A stretch of 64,000 nt of DNA, taken from positions 3,844,001-3,908,000 of the forward strand of contig JAYWIR010000015.1 of NCBI GenBank assembly GCA_036172245.1, in the 5' to 3' direction. This document shows positions 59,575 to 64,000 of this stretch, piece after piece. How positions within the stretch are numbered: the first letter of the stretch is position 1; each line of letters starts with the position of its first letter. The translations under genes and the position numbers were made by a program. The notes under the pieces were generated by a model. That model had not been told where the DNA came from and searched no databases. It worked only from the letters and a program-made list of their open reading frames with translations. The stretch is from Raillietiella orientalis. Lineage: Eukaryota.

Positions 59575-62500
59575 ATTTGCAAATAGGATGCATAAAGGAA
59601 TGGATAAAGGCAATAATACATCGGCATTAAATTGAGACTTACACGTCTCGAACCAAAGGCTGATTATCATGCGAAACCGAATTATTTCACAATTTTTTTC
59701 TTTTTTTTTTGTGCCATTATGCAAAAGCAAGCTTGTGAAAATACCTAAATTCCACGAAGAATTTTGCCTTTCCGATCTCCAACCTCATGAAGCACTCAAA
59801 AAAAGAGATTCATTTGTGCAAAAAAAAAAAAAAAAAAAAACCCGCCAACAATGCTGCGAGGCAGCAATGAACTGACTTCAATGGACTCGGTGGAAATTAA
59901 AATGCACCTCTTGCAGATGGGGAGAACGTGATGACGGTGCAGCCGGCGGCTGCAACCCGTTCCTCCCATCCCGTGACCATCGAAAGGGGGGGGGGGGAAG
60001 GAAGGATCGCGCACGGAGCAGGCTGGGTTTTTTTTTTCTTTTTTTCCTTTTTTTTTTTTTTTTTTTTTTTTTCCTGCCAGGTCTTCACGAAGAAACCGAC
60101 CTCGGGTTTGCCCGGTAAACGCACACGGATTTTCAAGTCTGTTTTCGAAGCCTCCGACTGCAAGAAACACGTCAACACCCTGCAATGTTGATGGTCCGCG
60201 CTCTTTCTTCGGCTCCCCCTCTTCCCCAGAGAAGACCAAGCCTTCGTGGTGCACGAGGAAAAATTCGTACACGCTTCTTCTGTACGGTGCCGATTTACAG
60301 TAGCCCCTTGCAAAGTGTGCTCTTTCTTCTTCGTGTGGACGGGGGGGAACAGACAGACAAGGGTTCGGGAGCAGAATCACAAAAGGATAGTGTATTTGCA
60401 AATTGCAAATCGAGCTTGTTGTTCCCTGGGACGAGGTGAGTATCGATCTCGATGGACTTCTGAATTTCTGTAAGTTTCAGCCAAGACAAAAGAAAGGATC
60501 TGCACAGCATCAGTGGTCTCAGAGATAATGCATCTGAACAGAAATGTAAATTTGAGCATTTAGTTTGCGCTAACAAGAACATAATCTGAAAATCATTACC
60601 ATCGTTCCATCTTTTCCCAACTGTTTGCATATTTTGTTTTTACTCAAAATTACGTAAGTGCTTGTAAAAATGCAAATTTGGGATCCAGATCCAAAGAGTC
60701 CTCGCTAATAACGTATAAAATAAATGTGCATGGATATTTCTAAGGAAAACTAATGATGGTCTCTCGAAATTCGCATGAGAGCTGTGTGAAACATTTGGGA
60801 TCAATGCATAGAAAAAACACAAAAGTTTATGAAGATCAGGATGAAGCAGATCGGGACTCCGTAATGAATCTCGAGGTGATGAACCAGAAGTGCGAGAAAA
60901 GCATGTTTTCCTAACTGGAAAACTGTACAGAAATGGATACCAATGTCAGGAATTTACATTTGATTTATTGCTCGCTTCCGTTATCGTTGGTCATTCACTA
61001 ACGATGATACGAGAACGAAGAAGAATTTTTCTTTCGGTTTTCTCTTATCTAAGGAGAATTTGAAGCTAGCATTTACTAAAGTGTTTGCTTTGGATAGATT
61101 GCCTTTTCGTAAAATGCAAGGGACTCACATTGGTGGTTGGCGTGAAATGCAAATGAGGAACTTATCGATCTATGCCTACTTTGAGGTCTTAGCAATGCGT
61201 GCAGTATTATTCGTGTTGGTTATTCGGTTAGTATTAGGGGAGAAATGTGTTCACTGATAATGATCGGAATAATTTGCTTAAATAACCTTTTTTTTTATCA
61301 TGGAAATTCTATGCCTATTATTCAGAAATCCAGCAGTTCAGAAGCTGAAGCAAGAAGGGCTTGCTTCAGCTTCTATTACTATACTTGCTTTACGATACTC
61401 AGCTCCAGTTTCATTTCAGAATTGGCACAGGAAAAGGGAGGCATTAAAAATTTCTGATTTTGATGTGTTAGGTTGCATTTCACACTTCTTCGGTAGTTTC
61501 CTAAACATTCTCCAAATTTCTCCATGGAATTGGTGTTGTTCCCTGCCGATCCTTACTTTTTTTTTTTTTTTTTTTTTTACTCATGTCTTCTTACAACGCT
61601 GTTTATTTAATGAGTGGAAGCAGCAATGAGAAACCGATAACTTGGTCATCAAGGGGTAAATTGTCCGAACCGGTAACAGTGCGGCCGCTGTAGATATGTT
61701 CTATTTCGCCTTGTGTCCCTGCTGTGCATGGTAAGAGTACAGTACCAAACCGTATTCGTGATCTGGAAAAACAACACGATTCGTGCTAGAAGCCTGTATC
61801 CGAGATTTTACACTCAATGTCCAAGTCTGAAACATGTTGTAACATCTGTAGAAGTTTTTCATCTGAACCACATTCGAATCGAAATGGACTCAAGACCTCG
61901 TTCTATGTTGCCGTTAAGTTACCAGTGATTCCAATGCACAACTGGAGAAAGGCTGCCATAAAAGTTTTGAATGTGAAGTGAAAGAAGAAATCTTAGAGAG
62001 CAGTACTCAAATGAAGGGATATTTACGAGCTGCATCGAGAACTTTGTATGATAGTGTTCTCAGAATACCTCTTCACAGTACTGATTTGCTGCAATAGTAC
62101 ATCAACTGGAAACAAGGGAGCACAGTACTGTTGTATGGGGAAATATGGTATGGGGAGAACCACAAAGAAATAATCCATTCTTTGCATAAGAAAAAGGACT
62201 TGCAGTACGAGTCTGAATCAAAGAGCAATTAAAAACGGAAATTTCGGGTTTCTTTGCCAAAAAAGTTTGCGACGTTTAACCTTATCTTTGTGTATCTTAG
62301 CACAATGATTTAATGTACTGCTTATTTATTGCTAGATGATAAAAAGAAACTTTCTCCTCTAACCTCGATATGGTTGGTTATTAAAGGGGTGTAGTCTTTT
62401 ATCGATCCATCATGGGTAAAATTTAGCAGAAGAAAGGACCACATCGGGAGCTGAACGGGCAGTCTTGCAGGATCTATGTAATTTTAGTCAATCTACCATG

Positions 62501-64000
62501 CAAAATGGTATGAGCAGGTCTGCATTGCGTGGAGTTGATAGCAAAAATTAGTTGTATTTATAAAAAGGAGCAAGAAGAAGCTTTCATTCAAATAGGGAGA
62601 AACATAAAACAGATAAAATTATTCATAGCCACTTGAACACCAAAGGCAGTAACAAACCGGGTAACCATATTGTCATAAACAGCTAGTCATTCATGAAGGC
62701 TTTAGGATTTTGCCACAAACTCCGGAGTGCTTGCACAGACCTAGAGCTCAAAAGAAGCTTTGCTTTGGAGCATACACTGAGTTATGCTCTTACATCATGA
62801 ATACAGTAGATGGAAAAACAAAAATGTATGCAGGTGGACTTCAGTACCGTTGAAGTAAGGATGGAACCCAAGGTACAATCCAGAAAACTTCGATACGAAA
62901 ACCTGAAAAGATCACCTCTAAGATGAAAACTCGTGCTTCACAACGCTAACAAACGAGTCGGTGATCAGTAAAGAGCGAAGTCTTCAAGAAATAACTGTTG
63001 AGGCCCTGAAGTAGACATGGATATGCACAGGGAGCAACCACTTTGTTACTGTCAGTTAAATCTGTTTTGAGAGTGAATGCGTATAAAGAATACGAATTTT
63101 CTTTCCTGAGAGGTAGAAATTTGGCTGTTTATTTAAATTCTAAATATGGAAGGTTGATCGGATCCAAAAGTATTTCTCTGTATGCATATTAGCAACATAA
63201 TACTCATTTTTACAGGAGACATGTAGAACATCAAAACGAATCCCTATCCACATGAATTCTTGATTTTCTTCTCCTTTAAAGAAAGTAAACTGGAGAAAAC
63301 CCCAGAGCAGGCAGATGATGTTTTCCCTTTTTCCTTGCCTGCATACATGCTGAGGTCACAAAGATTCTCTTTGAAGATCACTTAGCGGCCCTCATCAATG
63401 TCGAAGAAAGTGGCCACCGCATCGGAAAAGTGCCGATATCGCAACGAAAACTCCTCCAGATGACGGAGGGCTCGGGATTCTCGTATTTCTTGTTGGCCAA
63501 AGTCCATGATGTGGCACCATGAATGTTTTTCGAATCCGAAGGGTTATTCACCGAAAGGTTGGCTTGATGTCTTTGACTTCTCACTTGTAAATGTAAAGTT
63601 GCAAAAGTCTTTTAACCATTTGACTTGGCTGCTCAGTAAGGGCATATCTGCAAACAAAACACCAGTAAATGAAGCTCATTTGAGTTGAAATCCCTTCTGT
63701 GAGCCGAAAACTCATCACATCAGTTCCGCATTTAAGGGTTTGCTTTGCCTAACGACGACGGAGGAAAATTTCCGGATCCCACTTCCCACTTCAATTCCAT
63801 GTTGTCTTCAGGTTTGCAAGGTGGTAGACCCTCAAATCCTAACATTTTGGCAATACAAGATCCTTCTTCGTTAAAAGCTTCCAAGACAAACACGGGATCC
63901 AATGGTTCTCACGAGGAACAATGGTTGCCACTTTGGAATAGGAACAGAATCCACAACGAACTAGTCCACATCTCGCTTAACACACCTGGACAGAAGAGTT

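Noticed and set aside
63378..64000. Higher-GC, coding-looking stretch at the window end
   Set aside because: All frames are short or interrupted and no motif was recognised.

Overview
Eukaryotic, intron-containing genomic DNA, most consistent with an arthropod (Beat-like Ig exon, arthropod-type eIF4G motifs). It has two compositionally distinct halves. The first ~33 kb is GC-rich and repeat-laden. It holds one Beaten-path-like Ig exon and an 11-exon membrane-anchored carboxyl/cholinesterase-family gene (minus strand) lacking the GxSxG nucleophile. It also holds two decayed L1/Tx1-type LINEs flanking an AT-rich foldback element, a probable tRNA-derived SINE family, and BEL/Pao- and gypsy-like relics. 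The remaining ~31 kb is AT-rich with very short introns. It holds an intronless HUS1 CDS, a Chk1 C-terminal pseudogene fragment, and a ~26-exon divergent eIF4G carrying a ~250-aa xK[D/E] repeat. The most interesting observation is downstream of eIF4G: a second, spliced, frame-intact but truncated eIF4G paralogue. It keeps the PABP-binding motif and a near-consensus eIF4E-binding region, then stops before any MIF4G/MA3/W2 domain, while the full-length copy's 4E motif is degenerate. All assignments are by eye from remembered motifs; no searches were run.
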